From an uncultured bacterium (GTDB lineage Bacteria > Acidobacteriota > HRBIN11 > JAKEFK01): a DNA stretch of 64,000 nucleotides. This document shows positions 26,931 through 37,078 of this stretch, one piece after another. The stretch spans positions 1,575,814 to 1,639,813 of the forward strand of contig CAVZQN010000004.1 of NCBI GenBank assembly GCA_963777505.1, read 5' to 3'. The position numbers and the translations under genes are program-made. How positions within the stretch are numbered: position 1 is the first letter of the stretch; each line of letters starts with the position of its first letter. A model generated the notes under the pieces. The model saw nothing but the letters and a program-made list of their open reading frames with translations. It made no database searches and was not told the DNA's origin.

Positions 26931-27478
26931 CTCGAACTGAACGGATTCAATGGCAGATTTTTGTTTTACTTGTTGTTGCGATCGCTGCGTCTATTTATTA
27001 CTTCTCAATGCCTTCTACCGAAGATCCTATAAAAACGAACCTAAAAAAACCTTCCGCAAAGCCTGGGACTTCGTCGCCCGATAACTTACCACAAGTTTCT
27101 ACGCTTCAAGGAAAACTTCCAGAATTTAAGAATGTACAGAGGAACGTTTTTGAATTTGCAGGAGAACCCTCTGAATCAGATGATGTAACGAGTTCACAAC
27201 CCGTTTTAACCGAGCCGCAAACCATGCCGCTCCTGGTTCCGGTTGGACCTGATGTAACATATTTGGCTTTTTACAAAGAAAAAGAGGGATCGAATCGGAA
27301 ATTAGCTGCAATTAGTAATGGTGGGCAAATCTATGTTGGCGGTGTAGGTGAAGTCCTTGCTGGAAAGTACAGGGTGATTCAGGTTGAAGATGAATTCATC
27401 GAAGTCGAATATTTGCCTGAGAAACGAGTGATCCGCTTGGAACTCGGCCGCCATGATGGAACTCCGCCGCTGGAGTGA
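26906..27478 (+). CDS. Hypothetical membrane-anchored protein (Pro/Ser-rich linker plus C-terminal beta domain)
   Basis: N-terminal TM helix IFVLLVVAIAASIYYF; overlaps neighbours on both sides. Confidence 0.4.
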   Translation: MGQDLGRMTRTERIQWQIFVLLVVAIAASIYYFSMPSTEDPIKTNLKKPSAKPGTSSPDNLPQVSTLQGKLPEFKNVQRNVFEFAGEPSESDDVTSSQPVLTEPQTMPLLVPVGPDVTYLAFYKEKEGSNRKLAAISNGGQIYVGGVGEVLAGKYRVIQVEDEFIEVEYLPEKRVIRLELGRHDGTPPLE

Positions 27479-28014
27479 TCCACCTATCGAGAAATCTTTA
27501 TTTTTACTGGTTTAAAATAGAACTGATGAAAGAAGATCGTGATGCCATTGCTCTCGCAATTGAACTATTTCATAAAGCGTATGTGCATCATATGAGTGGT
27601 TATCTTGATGAGGCAATTGAACTTTATAGGGAATCAATTGCAATGTATCCAACGGCTGAAGCATACACATTCCTCGGATGGGCATATAGTTTTCAAGGAA
27701 GATTGGATGAAGCGATTGAGGAATGTAAAAGAGCGATCGAAGTCGATCCTGATTTCGGCAATCCATACAACGATATCGGGGCATATTTAATTGAAAAGGA
27801 ATTGTTCAATGAAGCGATTCCATGGTTGAAACAAGCCACGGAAGCGAAACGATACGAATCCTATCATTTTCCACATTACAATCTTGGGCGTGTATATATT
27901 GCGCAAGGTATGATGAAGCGCGCAATCGAAGAATTTCAAAAAGCGTTAAAAATTGCGCCAAATTACACGCTCGCACGTGATGCATTAGAAGAAACGAGCC
28001 GGCAGATCAATTAA
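27475..28014 (+). CDS. TPR-repeat protein
   Basis: Repeated A-x-x-Y/W-x-G-x-A-Y helical pairs (AEAYTFLGWAYSFQGRLDEAIE... ); GTG start overlaps the upstream stop. Confidence 0.6.
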   Translation: MIHLSRNLYFYWFKIELMKEDRDAIALAIELFHKAYVHHMSGYLDEAIELYRESIAMYPTAEAYTFLGWAYSFQGRLDEAIEECKRAIEVDPDFGNPYNDIGAYLIEKELFNEAIPWLKQATEAKRYESYHFPHYNLGRVYIAQGMMKRAIEEFQKALKIAPNYTLARDALEETSRQIN

Positions 28015-28095
28015 AGATCAAAAATGAAAGATCAAAGATCAAAAATAAAGATAGAGCTTCATTTTTGATATTTTATTTTTCATTTTTTATTTTAA
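28015..28095. repeat. AT-rich imperfect palindrome with tandem AAAGATCAAA units; probable bidirectional terminator/hairpin
   Basis: aaagatcaaaaatgaaagatcaaagatcaaaaataaagat ... ttcatttttgatattttatttttcatttttt read directly. Confidence 0.4.
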
Positions 28096-28099
28096 TAAC

Positions 28100-28819
28100 A
28101 TGGATCTAAAAAACAAAAGTGTTCTGATTACTGGAGCAGCCCGAAGACTCGGCCGTGAGACTGCAGTTCATCTGGCGCGAGCAGGGGCTCGAATTACAGT
28201 TCAATATAACGAATCGGCAGAAGACGCGAAATCACTTCAAAAAGAAATTGGCTGCGAAATTGTTCAGGCAAATTTTACAGCAATGCCCGCCGAAGAACTT
28301 TGTAAGCGTCTGGAATCGGCAGCCGGACATGTTGATATTCTGATTAACAACGCGTCCACGTTTACACATGTGCGATGGCCTGAAATTTCGGAAGAAATAT
28401 GGGATCGGGAACTTGCAGTAAATCTTAAAATACCATTCTTCTTAACGCGTTACTTTGGAAGCCGAATGAAGACGAAAGGGATCGGCAAAATTTTAAACAT
28501 AGCCGATATTGCTGCAGAGCATCCATATTTAACATATTTTGCATACAGCATAGCGAAGTCCGGAATCATCACAATGACGCGTGGATTTGCCCGGGCGCTG
28601 GCTCCATCAGTTCAAGTAAATGCTATCGCTCCCGGCACGGTATTGCCGCCTGACAATATGGATCCCGGGCAATATCGTAAACTAATAGAGAAAATTCCTG
28701 CGCAACGTCCGGCGAGTGTGGAAGAGTTTTTACGAACTGTTGATTTCTTGCTGTCGGATGTAGATTATATTACCGGCCAAACGATCACTTTAGACGGTGG
28801 CCGTTCATTAAACTGGTGA
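28100..28819 (+). CDS. SDR-family short-chain dehydrogenase/reductase
   Basis: VLITGAARRLG NAD(P)-binding motif and the catalytic YSIAKSG. Confidence 0.8.
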   Translation: MDLKNKSVLITGAARRLGRETAVHLARAGARITVQYNESAEDAKSLQKEIGCEIVQANFTAMPAEELCKRLESAAGHVDILINNASTFTHVRWPEISEEIWDRELAVNLKIPFFLTRYFGSRMKTKGIGKILNIADIAAEHPYLTYFAYSIAKSGIITMTRGFARALAPSVQVNAIAPGTVLPPDNMDPGQYRKLIEKIPAQRPASVEEFLRTVDFLLSDVDYITGQTITLDGGRSLNW

Positions 28820-28847
28820 AAAAACTTAGCGTCTTTGCGGTAAAAAA

Positions 28848-29873
28848 ATGATTACACATGATTGGCACGCTTCAAAAGGTGCAAAATTTCAAGATTTTTT
28901 CGGCGTAGAAATTCCTTCAAATTACGGCGACGTTGAATCGGAATACTGGGCATTACGAAAAGCCGTGGGTCTGCGTGATGTCAGTTATTTCGGGAAAGTA
29001 AAAGTCTCAGGAAAAGATGCGCAGGAATTTTTGCATCGCATGATTTCAAATGATGTAAAGTCTCTGGCACCCGGAAAAGGCGTCTGGGCCTTGTTCCTTA
29101 ATATCAAGGGCCACATTCAAGGGGACATGAAAATTTATCGATTTCCTGATTATTTGCTGATGGTCATGCAACACCATGCTCTTGATCGAGTCGTCAAAGG
29201 TCTTGACCGTTATATCATTGGTGAACAACTTCAAATGACGGATGTTTCCGGTCAGTTCGCACTTTTCCAAATCTTAGGCCCTGAAGCTAAAACCTTCCTT
29301 CAATCAAAAGGGGCAAATCATTTACCCGAAACTGAACTCGCTTTTGAGTCAGTCTCCTTTGATGGAATTGCAACACAGGTGATCCGCTTGGGACTTGGAT
29401 ATGCTTTGCTTGTTGAAGCAAATTCCGCTGTTCAGCTTTTGAATTTCCTGAATGTGCAACCTGTAGGGATGCAGGCATTCAACATATTTAGAATTGAATC
29501 CGGACTTCCTTTGTTAGGGCTGGATTATGATGAGACCAATTTGCCTCAGGAAAGCAGACTCGATCACGCTTTGAACTTCAATAAAGGTTGCTATTTAGGA
29601 CAAGAAGTTATGGCACGCCTGGATGCTCAAGGTCATGTAAATAAGGTGTTGATGGGCCTGGTGTCGTCTGATGAAGTCAGCCGTGATCAAAAGTTGTTTG
29701 CTGGTGAAAAGGAAGCCGGCAGAATCACAAGTGTTGCGCGATCTCCGCTTTCCGGTGAATATGTTGCCCTGGGTTACATCCGCCGCGAATTTGCTAAAGA
29801 AAATCAGCCTCTACAAGTTTCTGGCAATAGTACTACAGCCATAGTACGCAACCTCCCCATCGTACAGCAGTAA
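28848..29873 (+). CDS. YgfZ-like folate-binding protein (GcvT/aminomethyltransferase fold)
   Basis: KGCYLGQEVMARL signature of YgfZ/GcvT-family proteins. Confidence 0.65.
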   Translation: MITHDWHASKGAKFQDFFGVEIPSNYGDVESEYWALRKAVGLRDVSYFGKVKVSGKDAQEFLHRMISNDVKSLAPGKGVWALFLNIKGHIQGDMKIYRFPDYLLMVMQHHALDRVVKGLDRYIIGEQLQMTDVSGQFALFQILGPEAKTFLQSKGANHLPETELAFESVSFDGIATQVIRLGLGYALLVEANSAVQLLNFLNVQPVGMQAFNIFRIESGLPLLGLDYDETNLPQESRLDHALNFNKGCYLGQEVMARLDAQGHVNKVLMGLVSSDEVSRDQKLFAGEKEAGRITSVARSPLSGEYVALGYIRREFAKENQPLQVSGNSTTAIVRNLPIVQQ

Positions 29874-30283
29874 TGAGAAAAGTTTCCAAGCTCGAATTGC
29901 AGGACGTAAAAAAGATCCTTACGGCTTCCGAAGCAGAAGCCATTCGGATCGGCGTTGATATGGACATTGCGGTCGTTGATGATGGCGGGAATCTCCTCGG
30001 ATTTCTCCGAATGGATCGTGCCAAGGTAACAAGCATTCAAATTTCAATTGATAAAGCTTTTACCGCAGCCGGAACACGAAAGCCTACAAAAGATTACAAA
30101 GCCGTAGGCGCTGTTGATGGAATGGCATTTGGGATCAACACCAGCCATCAAGGACGTTTTACAATTTTCGGCGGTGGCGTTCCAATTATGATTGAAGGCG
30201 AATGTGTCGGCGCCGTGGGCTGTAGTTCAGGGACTCCTGAGCAAGATGAACAGGTTGCTCAAGCAGGAATCAATGCACTCTGA
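29873..30283 (+). CDS. GlcG/HbpS-like heme-binding protein (DUF336)
   Basis: 136 aa; DIAVVDDGGNLLGFLRMD and GGGVPI motifs typical of DUF336. Confidence 0.7.
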   Translation: MRKVSKLELQDVKKILTASEAEAIRIGVDMDIAVVDDGGNLLGFLRMDRAKVTSIQISIDKAFTAAGTRKPTKDYKAVGAVDGMAFGINTSHQGRFTIFGGGVPIMIEGECVGAVGCSSGTPEQDEQVAQAGINAL

Positions 30284-30300
30284 ATCTTTGCGGTAAAAAA

Positions 30301-32617
30301 ATGAAAATAAAAAAAGTGGCAATTCTAGGTGCTGGAACAATGGGCTCACAAATTGCGGCTCATTTTGCAAATGCTTCGATTCCATCAATGTTGTTTGATA
30401 TGCCTGGGCTTTCAAAAGCCGGCATTGAAAAGCTGAAGAAATTAGAACCTGCACCGCTCTTTGATCCTTCCTTATCTTCATTAATAGAACCTCTTGAATT
30501 TGGACCTGACTTTCCGCGATTAATAGAAGCCGATTGGATTATTGAAGCAGTTATTGAAGATTTAGAAGCAAAACGCGCATTGCTGAACTCGGTGCTCCCG
30601 CATCTTCGCGATGATTCAGTCATTACTTCAAATACTTCTGGTTTACCTCTATCAAGTATCGCTCTTGAAATGCCGGCAGAATTTAAGAGTCGCTGGTTCG
30701 GTACACATTTTTTCAATCCACCCCGCTATCTTAAACTTTTAGAGCTGATTCCAACTTCCGATACGAACGAAAATTTATTGCATGAAATTGCAGAATTTGG
30801 CGATAAACATCTTGGCAAAGGCATTGTTTATGCAAAAGATACTCCCAACTTCATTGCGAATCGTCTTGGCACGTTCGCAGCAATGCTCGCTTTGAAAGTC
30901 ATGCTTGAAGATGGATATTCAATTGAAGAAGTGGATGTACTCACAGGTCCGATTGTCGGCCATCCAAAAACTGCAACATTCCGTTTATTCGATCTAGTTG
31001 GAATCGATATTCTTGGAATGGTGGCGCGGAATTTATTTGAAAATGTACCTGATGATGAAAACCGTGAACTTTTCAGAATTCCAATGTTCCTGGAAGACCT
31101 TCTTCAACGCGGATGGTATGGAAATAAAACCGGTCAGGGTTTTTACAAGAAAACGCCTGAAGGTATTTTGACTCTCGATCCCTCAACAATGGAGTATAGT
31201 CCGCAAAAGAAGCCAGTCTTTCCATCTTTGGAGATGGTAAAGAATATTGAAGATCCAAGAGAACGGATTGCAAACTTAGTTCGTTCAAAGGATCGCGCAG
31301 GAAGTTTTATTTGGAAAACATTATCTCCACTCTTTGCTTACGCTGCGAACTTAATTCCGGAAATTTCGGATGACATTCTGAATGTGGACAATTCAATAAA
31401 GTGGGGATTCAACTGGTCGCATGGAATTTTTGAAACGTGGGATGCGATCGGAGTTCGTAAGTCCGTTGAGCGTATGCGTGAAGAAGGAAAGCATATTCCT
31501 GCATGGATGGACTTGATGCTTGCGCAGCCGGATCCAAAGTTTTACAAAAATGAAAAAGGGAAATTGCATTGCTGGGATATTTTTGGATATGAGTATCGTC
31601 CTGTTCCGCAGCCTCAGGGTGTCTTAATTCTGGATCACATCAAACAGCAGAAGGGAACGATCAAGAAAAATGCCGGAGCCAGCTTGATCGATCTTGGAGA
31701 TGGTGTGGCCTGTCTGGAATTTCATTCAAAAATGAATGCAATCGGCGGGGATACAATCCAGATGGTGAAGTCGGCAATTGAAATTGTCGAAAAAGATTTT
31801 GAAGGCTTAGTTATAGGAAACCAGGGTGAAAATTTTTCAGCAGGAGCAAATTTAATGCTCTTGCTTTTGGAAGCGCAGGAAGAAAACTGGGACGATCTAA
31901 ATATGATAATCAAAGCATTTCAACAAATGGTGATGTCCTTGCGCTATTCAGCGCGTCCAGTTGTTGCTGCGCCATTCGGTCTTGCACTTGGAGGTGGATG
32001 CGAAGTTAGCATGGGAGCCGATGCAATCCATTCCGCAGCGGAAGTTTACACCGGACTTGTTGAAGTAGGTGTTGGATTAATTCCTGCAGGAACGGGAACG
32101 AAAGAAATATACGTAAGAAATTTTAAGAAATGTTTGCCCGGTGCTGATCCATTACCGTTTTTGCGAAATGCTTTCGAAACCAGTTGCACTTGCGAAAGCA
32201 TCACGTTCAGTACTCGATGCAAAAAGACTTGGATACTATGCCGAATCAGATACTTTTAGCATGAATGCGGATCGCGTCATTCAAGATGCGAAGAATGTTG
32301 TTTTACGACTTGCGAAAAATTATAGACAACCTCAACCACGAACCGACATTCTTCTGACTGGTCGCGCAGGATACGCTTACCTTCAAGCTGGCATTTACTT
32401 AATGCGTGAAGCTGGTTTCATCAGTGAATATGATCAAAAACTCGGTCAAAAAGTTGCGTGGATCATGACCGGTGGAGACTTGACCGAGCCCACCCGCGTA
32501 AATGAACAATTTATGCTGGATCTCGAACGCGAAGCCTTCCTTTCGCTGCTGGGTGAACCGAAAACGCAGGACAGAATTCGACATATGCTGAAGACCGGCA
32601 AACCCCTCCGGAATTAA
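30301..32617 (+). pseudogene. fadN: FadN-type bifunctional 3-hydroxyacyl-CoA dehydrogenase / enoyl-CoA hydratase, interrupted by an apparent 1-nt frameshift near a T5 run (~32158-32162)
   Basis: ORFs 30301..32259 (VAILGAGTMGSQIA; crotonase GLVIGNQGENFSAGANL) and 32141..32617 (…EREAFLSLLGEPKTQDRIRHMLKTGKPLRN) are the N- and C-terminal parts of one FadN-like protein in different frames; removing one T restores a continuous ~770 aa protein. Confidence 0.7.
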
Positions 32618-32710
32618 TTTCGGATTTTAACCGCAAAGACTCAGAATCTCTGTGGTTCACAAAAGGAGTTAGTTTTGCCACGAAAACACAAAGAGCATGG
32701 AGATAAGAAC

Positions 32711-33883
32711 ATGACTGAAGTATTCATAGTGGCCGGCGCAAGGACTGCAGTTGGAAAAGCTCCACGCGGAACATTACGGAACACCCGACCTGATGATATG
32801 GCTGCAGCCGTTTTCAAAGAGGTATTGAAGCGAGCGCCGGAGGTACGTGCGGAAGAAATTGAAGATGTCATCATTGGATGTGCGATGCCTGAAGCAGAAC
32901 AAGGGATGAATGTTGCACGCATTGCATCGTTGCGTGCAGGATTGCCTGTTGAAACTTCTGCGATCACGGTTAATCGATTTTGCGCATCCGGACTGCAAGC
33001 AATTGCTTTTGGCGCAGAACGAATTGCGTCAGGTTCAGCAGATTGCATTCTTGCAGGCGGAACAGAAAGCATGAGTCTAATTCCTATGGGTGGTAACAAG
33101 ATCGTTCCGAATCCAGCATTAATTACTGAAAGTCCCCAGGCATACATTTCAATGGGACTTGGCACCGAGGGACTTGTTCACAAATTCGAAATTAGCCGCG
33201 CTGATCAGGATCAGTTTTCGTATCAATCCCATCAAAAAGCATTGGCAGCAATCGATTCAGGAAAATTTCAAGATGAAATTGTTCCACTTGAATTTGAAGA
33301 AGTAATGCTTGAGAACGGAAAACGGATTCGAAGGAATGTGAAATTTGATACTGATGAAGGTCCGCGACGTGATACGAGTCTTGACGCCTTAGCTTCACTA
33401 AAGCCTTCATTCAAAGTAAATGGCACAGTTACTCCCGGCAATTCATCACAGATGAGTGACGGATCTGCAGCAGTGCTACTCATGTCGCGAAAGAAAATGG
33501 AAGCAAGCGGACTCCAACCATTAGCTCGTTTTGTCAGTTATGCATATGCAGGCGTACCGCCAGAAATGTTTGGGATTGGGCCAGTGTACGCAATTCCAAA
33601 AGCATTGAAGTTAGCAGGGTTGAGTCTTTCGGACATTAAAATCATTGAACTGAATGAAGCGTTTGCCGGGCAATCTCTTGCAGTAATCCGAAAAGCTGGC
33701 TTGGATCCGGATATTGTTAATCCAAATGGAGGGGCAATCGCGCTTGGGCATCCACTCGGTTGTACTGGAGCAAAGTTGACTGTCAGTATCATTCAGGAGT
33801 TAAAACGCCGGGGTGGCGGCTTTGGAATGGTCACGATGTGTGTCGGCGGTGGAATGGGGGCTGCGGGCATATTCGAAATCTAA
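32711..33883 (+). CDS. fadA: Acetyl-CoA C-acyltransferase (thiolase)
   Basis: NRFCASGLQAIA (active-site Cys) and GHPLGCTGA motifs; start set at ATG 32711 with GGAGA RBS. Confidence 0.85.
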   Translation: MTEVFIVAGARTAVGKAPRGTLRNTRPDDMAAAVFKEVLKRAPEVRAEEIEDVIIGCAMPEAEQGMNVARIASLRAGLPVETSAITVNRFCASGLQAIAFGAERIASGSADCILAGGTESMSLIPMGGNKIVPNPALITESPQAYISMGLGTEGLVHKFEISRADQDQFSYQSHQKALAAIDSGKFQDEIVPLEFEEVMLENGKRIRRNVKFDTDEGPRRDTSLDALASLKPSFKVNGTVTPGNSSQMSDGSAAVLLMSRKKMEASGLQPLARFVSYAYAGVPPEMFGIGPVYAIPKALKLAGLSLSDIKIIELNEAFAGQSLAVIRKAGLDPDIVNPNGGAIALGHPLGCTGAKLTVSIIQELKRRGGGFGMVTMCVGGGMGAAGIFEI

Positions 33884-33907
33884 AGACATATAATTAGATC
33901 AGAAATT

Positions 33908-35695
33908 ATGAGCACAATATTAGAAGAATTAAAGCTTGGAAAGAAAGGGGGCGGTTTTCTTCTTGAAGACTTATCTGCCTCCGATATATTTACGCCCGAA
34001 GATTTTTCGGAAGAACAAAAAATGATCGCTAAAACTGTTGATGAATTTGTAATCAACGAAGTTCTTCCTCAACGCGACAGGATGGAAAAAAAGGATCTTT
34101 CGGCAACTGTCGAATTGTTGCGCAAAGCGTCCGAGCTTGGTTTATGCGGTATTGAAGTTCCAGAAAAATATTCAGGTCTGGGTCTGGATAAAGTTTCTGC
34201 GATGCTTGTTGCCGAAAGAATCACTCGTTATGGTTCTTTTGCGGTTTCCTATGGCGGCCATACAGGGATCGGGAGTTTACCGATCGTTTATTTTGGAACT
34301 GAAGAGCAGAAGAAAAAATATCTTCCAAGACTTGTCACCTCCGAAATTCTATCTTCATACGCTTTAACGGAAGCTCATTCAGGCTCAGATGCGCTTGCAG
34401 CCCGCACAACTGCTGTTCTTTCCGCGGATGGGAAAGAGTACGTATTGAACGGCACAAAAATGTGGATTACCAATGCTGGTTTTGCAGACATCTTTATCAC
34501 GTTTGCAAAAATTGACGGCGAAAAATTCAGTGCTTTTATTGTGGAAAAAGGGTTTCCAGGAGTTTCAACGGGTGCTGAAGAACGGAAAATGGGAATCAAT
34601 GGTTCGTCTACTCGCACATTAATTCTTGAAGATGCGCGAGTGCCAGCTGAAAATTTGCTTGGTGAAGTTGGCAAAGGACATAAGATCGCTTTTAGCATTT
34701 TAAACATTGGACGTTTCAAGCTGGGTGCTGCATGCGTCGGCGGGTCAAAACATTGTATTGAAGCTGCAGTGAAGTATGCGAATGAACGTCATCAATTCGG
34801 AAAATCGATCGGCAGTTTTGGCGCAATCAAATACAAACTTGCTGAGATGGCAACCCGTACGTTCGTTGGCGAAAGTATGGTCTATCGTACCGCAGGGTTG
34901 CTGGATGGAGCTCTTGGGCGTGTCGATGTGGATGATTCAAAGCAGGCGCTCAAGGCAATGGAAGAATATGCAGTTGAATGCGCTGCAATTAAAGTAACGA
35001 CCAGTGAATTTTTGGATTATGTTGTGGATGAAGCTGTTCAGATTTTTGGCGGTTATGGATACAGCCAGGAATATCCGGTGGAAATGCCATATCGTGATGC
35101 GCGTATTAATCGCATCTTTGAAGGAACAAATGAAATCAATCGTTTGTTAATTCTTGGAATGTTGTTAAAGAGAGCGATGAAAGGCGAACTTCCACTGATG
35201 GCCGCCGCTCAAAAACTTCAAGATGAAGTGCTCGGCTTCAGCGGTGCAGAAGAAGAGGGAGATGGACTTTTGGCGCGCGAACAAAAAGCTGTCAAGAATA
35301 TCAAGAAACTTGGACTCCTCACCGCCGGTTTAGCTTTGCAAAAATACATGACTGCAATTGAAGAAGAGCAGGAAATTTTGAGCATGTTGAGCGATATTGT
35401 GATGGAAGCTTTCGCCGCAGAAAGTGCATTACTTCGAACATTGAAAATGATTAAAACTTCCGGCCCGGAAAAAGCAGCGCCTTATGTGATGATGACTCAA
35501 GTTTACATTAACGATGCGATCGGGCGGGTTGAATCGCGCGCAAAGGATGTACTCGCTGCAATATCAGAAGGTGATATGCTTCGAACAAATCTTGCGGCAA
35601 TGAAACGCTTCCTGAAGTTTCCGCCAGTCAACACAATTGAACTTCGCCGCAAAATCGCTGACAAGATGCTGGAAGCCGACACCTACATCTATTAA
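33908..35695 (+). CDS. fadE: Long-chain acyl-CoA dehydrogenase (~595 aa FadE type)
   Basis: ACAD motifs LTEAHSGSDA, WITNAG, IFEGTNEINRL. Confidence 0.85.
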   Translation: MSTILEELKLGKKGGGFLLEDLSASDIFTPEDFSEEQKMIAKTVDEFVINEVLPQRDRMEKKDLSATVELLRKASELGLCGIEVPEKYSGLGLDKVSAMLVAERITRYGSFAVSYGGHTGIGSLPIVYFGTEEQKKKYLPRLVTSEILSSYALTEAHSGSDALAARTTAVLSADGKEYVLNGTKMWITNAGFADIFITFAKIDGEKFSAFIVEKGFPGVSTGAEERKMGINGSSTRTLILEDARVPAENLLGEVGKGHKIAFSILNIGRFKLGAACVGGSKHCIEAAVKYANERHQFGKSIGSFGAIKYKLAEMATRTFVGESMVYRTAGLLDGALGRVDVDDSKQALKAMEEYAVECAAIKVTTSEFLDYVVDEAVQIFGGYGYSQEYPVEMPYRDARINRIFEGTNEINRLLILGMLLKRAMKGELPLMAAAQKLQDEVLGFSGAEEEGDGLLAREQKAVKNIKKLGLLTAGLALQKYMTAIEEEQEILSMLSDIVMEAFAAESALLRTLKMIKTSGPEKAAPYVMMTQVYINDAIGRVESRAKDVLAAISEGDMLRTNLAAMKRFLKFPPVNTIELRRKIADKMLEADTYIY

Positions 35696-35703
35696 TTTCT
35701 TTT

Positions 35704-35765
35704 ATCGGAGCGCGGACATCCTTGTCCGCATTACGGGCCGCAGGCATCTTTGCCTGCAATTAATC
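35704..35765. repeat. REP-like element: GCGGACATCCTTGTCCGC hairpin + ATTACGGGCC + GCAGGCATCTTTGCCTGC hairpin
   Basis: Read directly; the same composite occurs reverse-complemented at 42426-42500 and partially at 57040-57100. Confidence 0.7.
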
Positions 35766-36950
35766 CTATTCATTTCTTTGCGTCTCTGCGGTTATAAAAT
35801 CTCGAATCACTTTATCTATAAATTCCGGTTTATCGTCTAAGGCAAATGTTCCTACATTTTCGACGGGAACAATCTTTACGGATGAAATCTCGACGGCTTT
35901 CCATTGCGTTATCGAATGAGGTTTCTCTTTCGGATCCGTAATTGATGGAATCACAAGAGCTGGAATTTTCAACTCCGTAATTTCAGCCGACAAGTCTGTA
36001 GTCATTAATTCTGCGCCGTAATCCCAGGTCAAATGAGCGTCTGATTTACCGCCGTTTTGAGCTAGCTGCAGATTGCGTTGTGGATCTTTGCTCATTGTTC
36101 CTCCAACGTTCTGCCAGTATTTTGAGAAACATTCGCGCGAAGGCCTCGGAAACAATTCGATGGGCAAAAAAAGTTTTGCCAGGCGATCCCGGAATTCAGG
36201 CGTTAACTTGCCTGAAGGATCATCCTTTGAAATTACCATCGGAGAATAAAGCAAACCATTTAAAACGACCACTGCTCTAATATTTTGCGGGTGGTCAAGC
36301 GCTAAGCGTAACGCAAGATACGCACCTGCTTGATGACCTAAAACGATGGGTGCTTTCAAGTTTTCTTTTTGGATCAGGTTCAGAATTGCATCTTCTGCAT
36401 TTTTCCAAAGCCTTCGTGCTGTGTAATCGCGTTTTTCAAAAGAGGGGAGTGCAGGCGTTCCACCAAAACCAGGAAGTGTTACAGCATACATTTTGTAATT
36501 ACTTTTATTTCTATCAATAAATAATTGGAAAACATTTCCATCCATTCCTACATCGGGAATTAGGATGATCGGGATCTCACCATTGCCCACCTTAATTACC
36601 TGTTCAAGTTCACCAGGCTTTGCTAAAGGAGATGCGATTTCACTTTCCCCAGGACACGTCCAGCTTATTGCGGATGAAACAAGCATATCGATTACCGATG
36701 GCGGTGGATTCGATTTCTGCAAACGGACAGACAACTGGAACAATTCTTTGTAGGCATCCTTGCGCTGATCAACAGTCAAATCCGGAGATTCAGCTTTTGA
36801 TTTTGCTTTCGCAAGCATCGAAATGTCCTCAGCTGAAACATTCTCTTCAATTCCAAGGTAGTGAATCAGGTTTCGTGCGAAGGTCGTGTCATCTGCATGA
36901 GCTTGTAAAAATACAAGTAAACAAAAAGGAAGAAATAGCATTGCTTTCAT
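35766..36950 (-). CDS. Secreted alpha/beta-hydrolase-fold protein
   Basis: Signal peptide MKAMLFLPFCLLVFLQAHA; nucleophile-elbow-like VVLGHQAGAYLAL (G-H-x-x-G). Confidence 0.55.
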   Translation of the reverse strand: MKAMLFLPFCLLVFLQAHADDTTFARNLIHYLGIEENVSAEDISMLAKAKSKAESPDLTVDQRKDAYKELFQLSVRLQKSNPPPSVIDMLVSSAISWTCPGESEIASPLAKPGELEQVIKVGNGEIPIILIPDVGMDGNVFQLFIDRNKSNYKMYAVTLPGFGGTPALPSFEKRDYTARRLWKNAEDAILNLIQKENLKAPIVLGHQAGAYLALRLALDHPQNIRAVVVLNGLLYSPMVISKDDPSGKLTPEFRDRLAKLFLPIELFPRPSRECFSKYWQNVGGTMSKDPQRNLQLAQNGGKSDAHLTWDYGAELMTTDLSAEITELKIPALVIPSITDPKEKPHSITQWKAVEISSVKIVPVENVGTFALDDKPEFIDKVIRDFITAETQRNE

Positions 36951-37078
36951 TTTGTTTGGTCTCCTTTGTTGTGGCTAATGTAAGTTGGAGGGCAACAAGG
37001 AGTCTCTACTTATGTGGTGGACGGACGCTTTCTAATTGCGAATGGTCTTCAAACTCAACCGCAGAGACGCTAAGTAAG

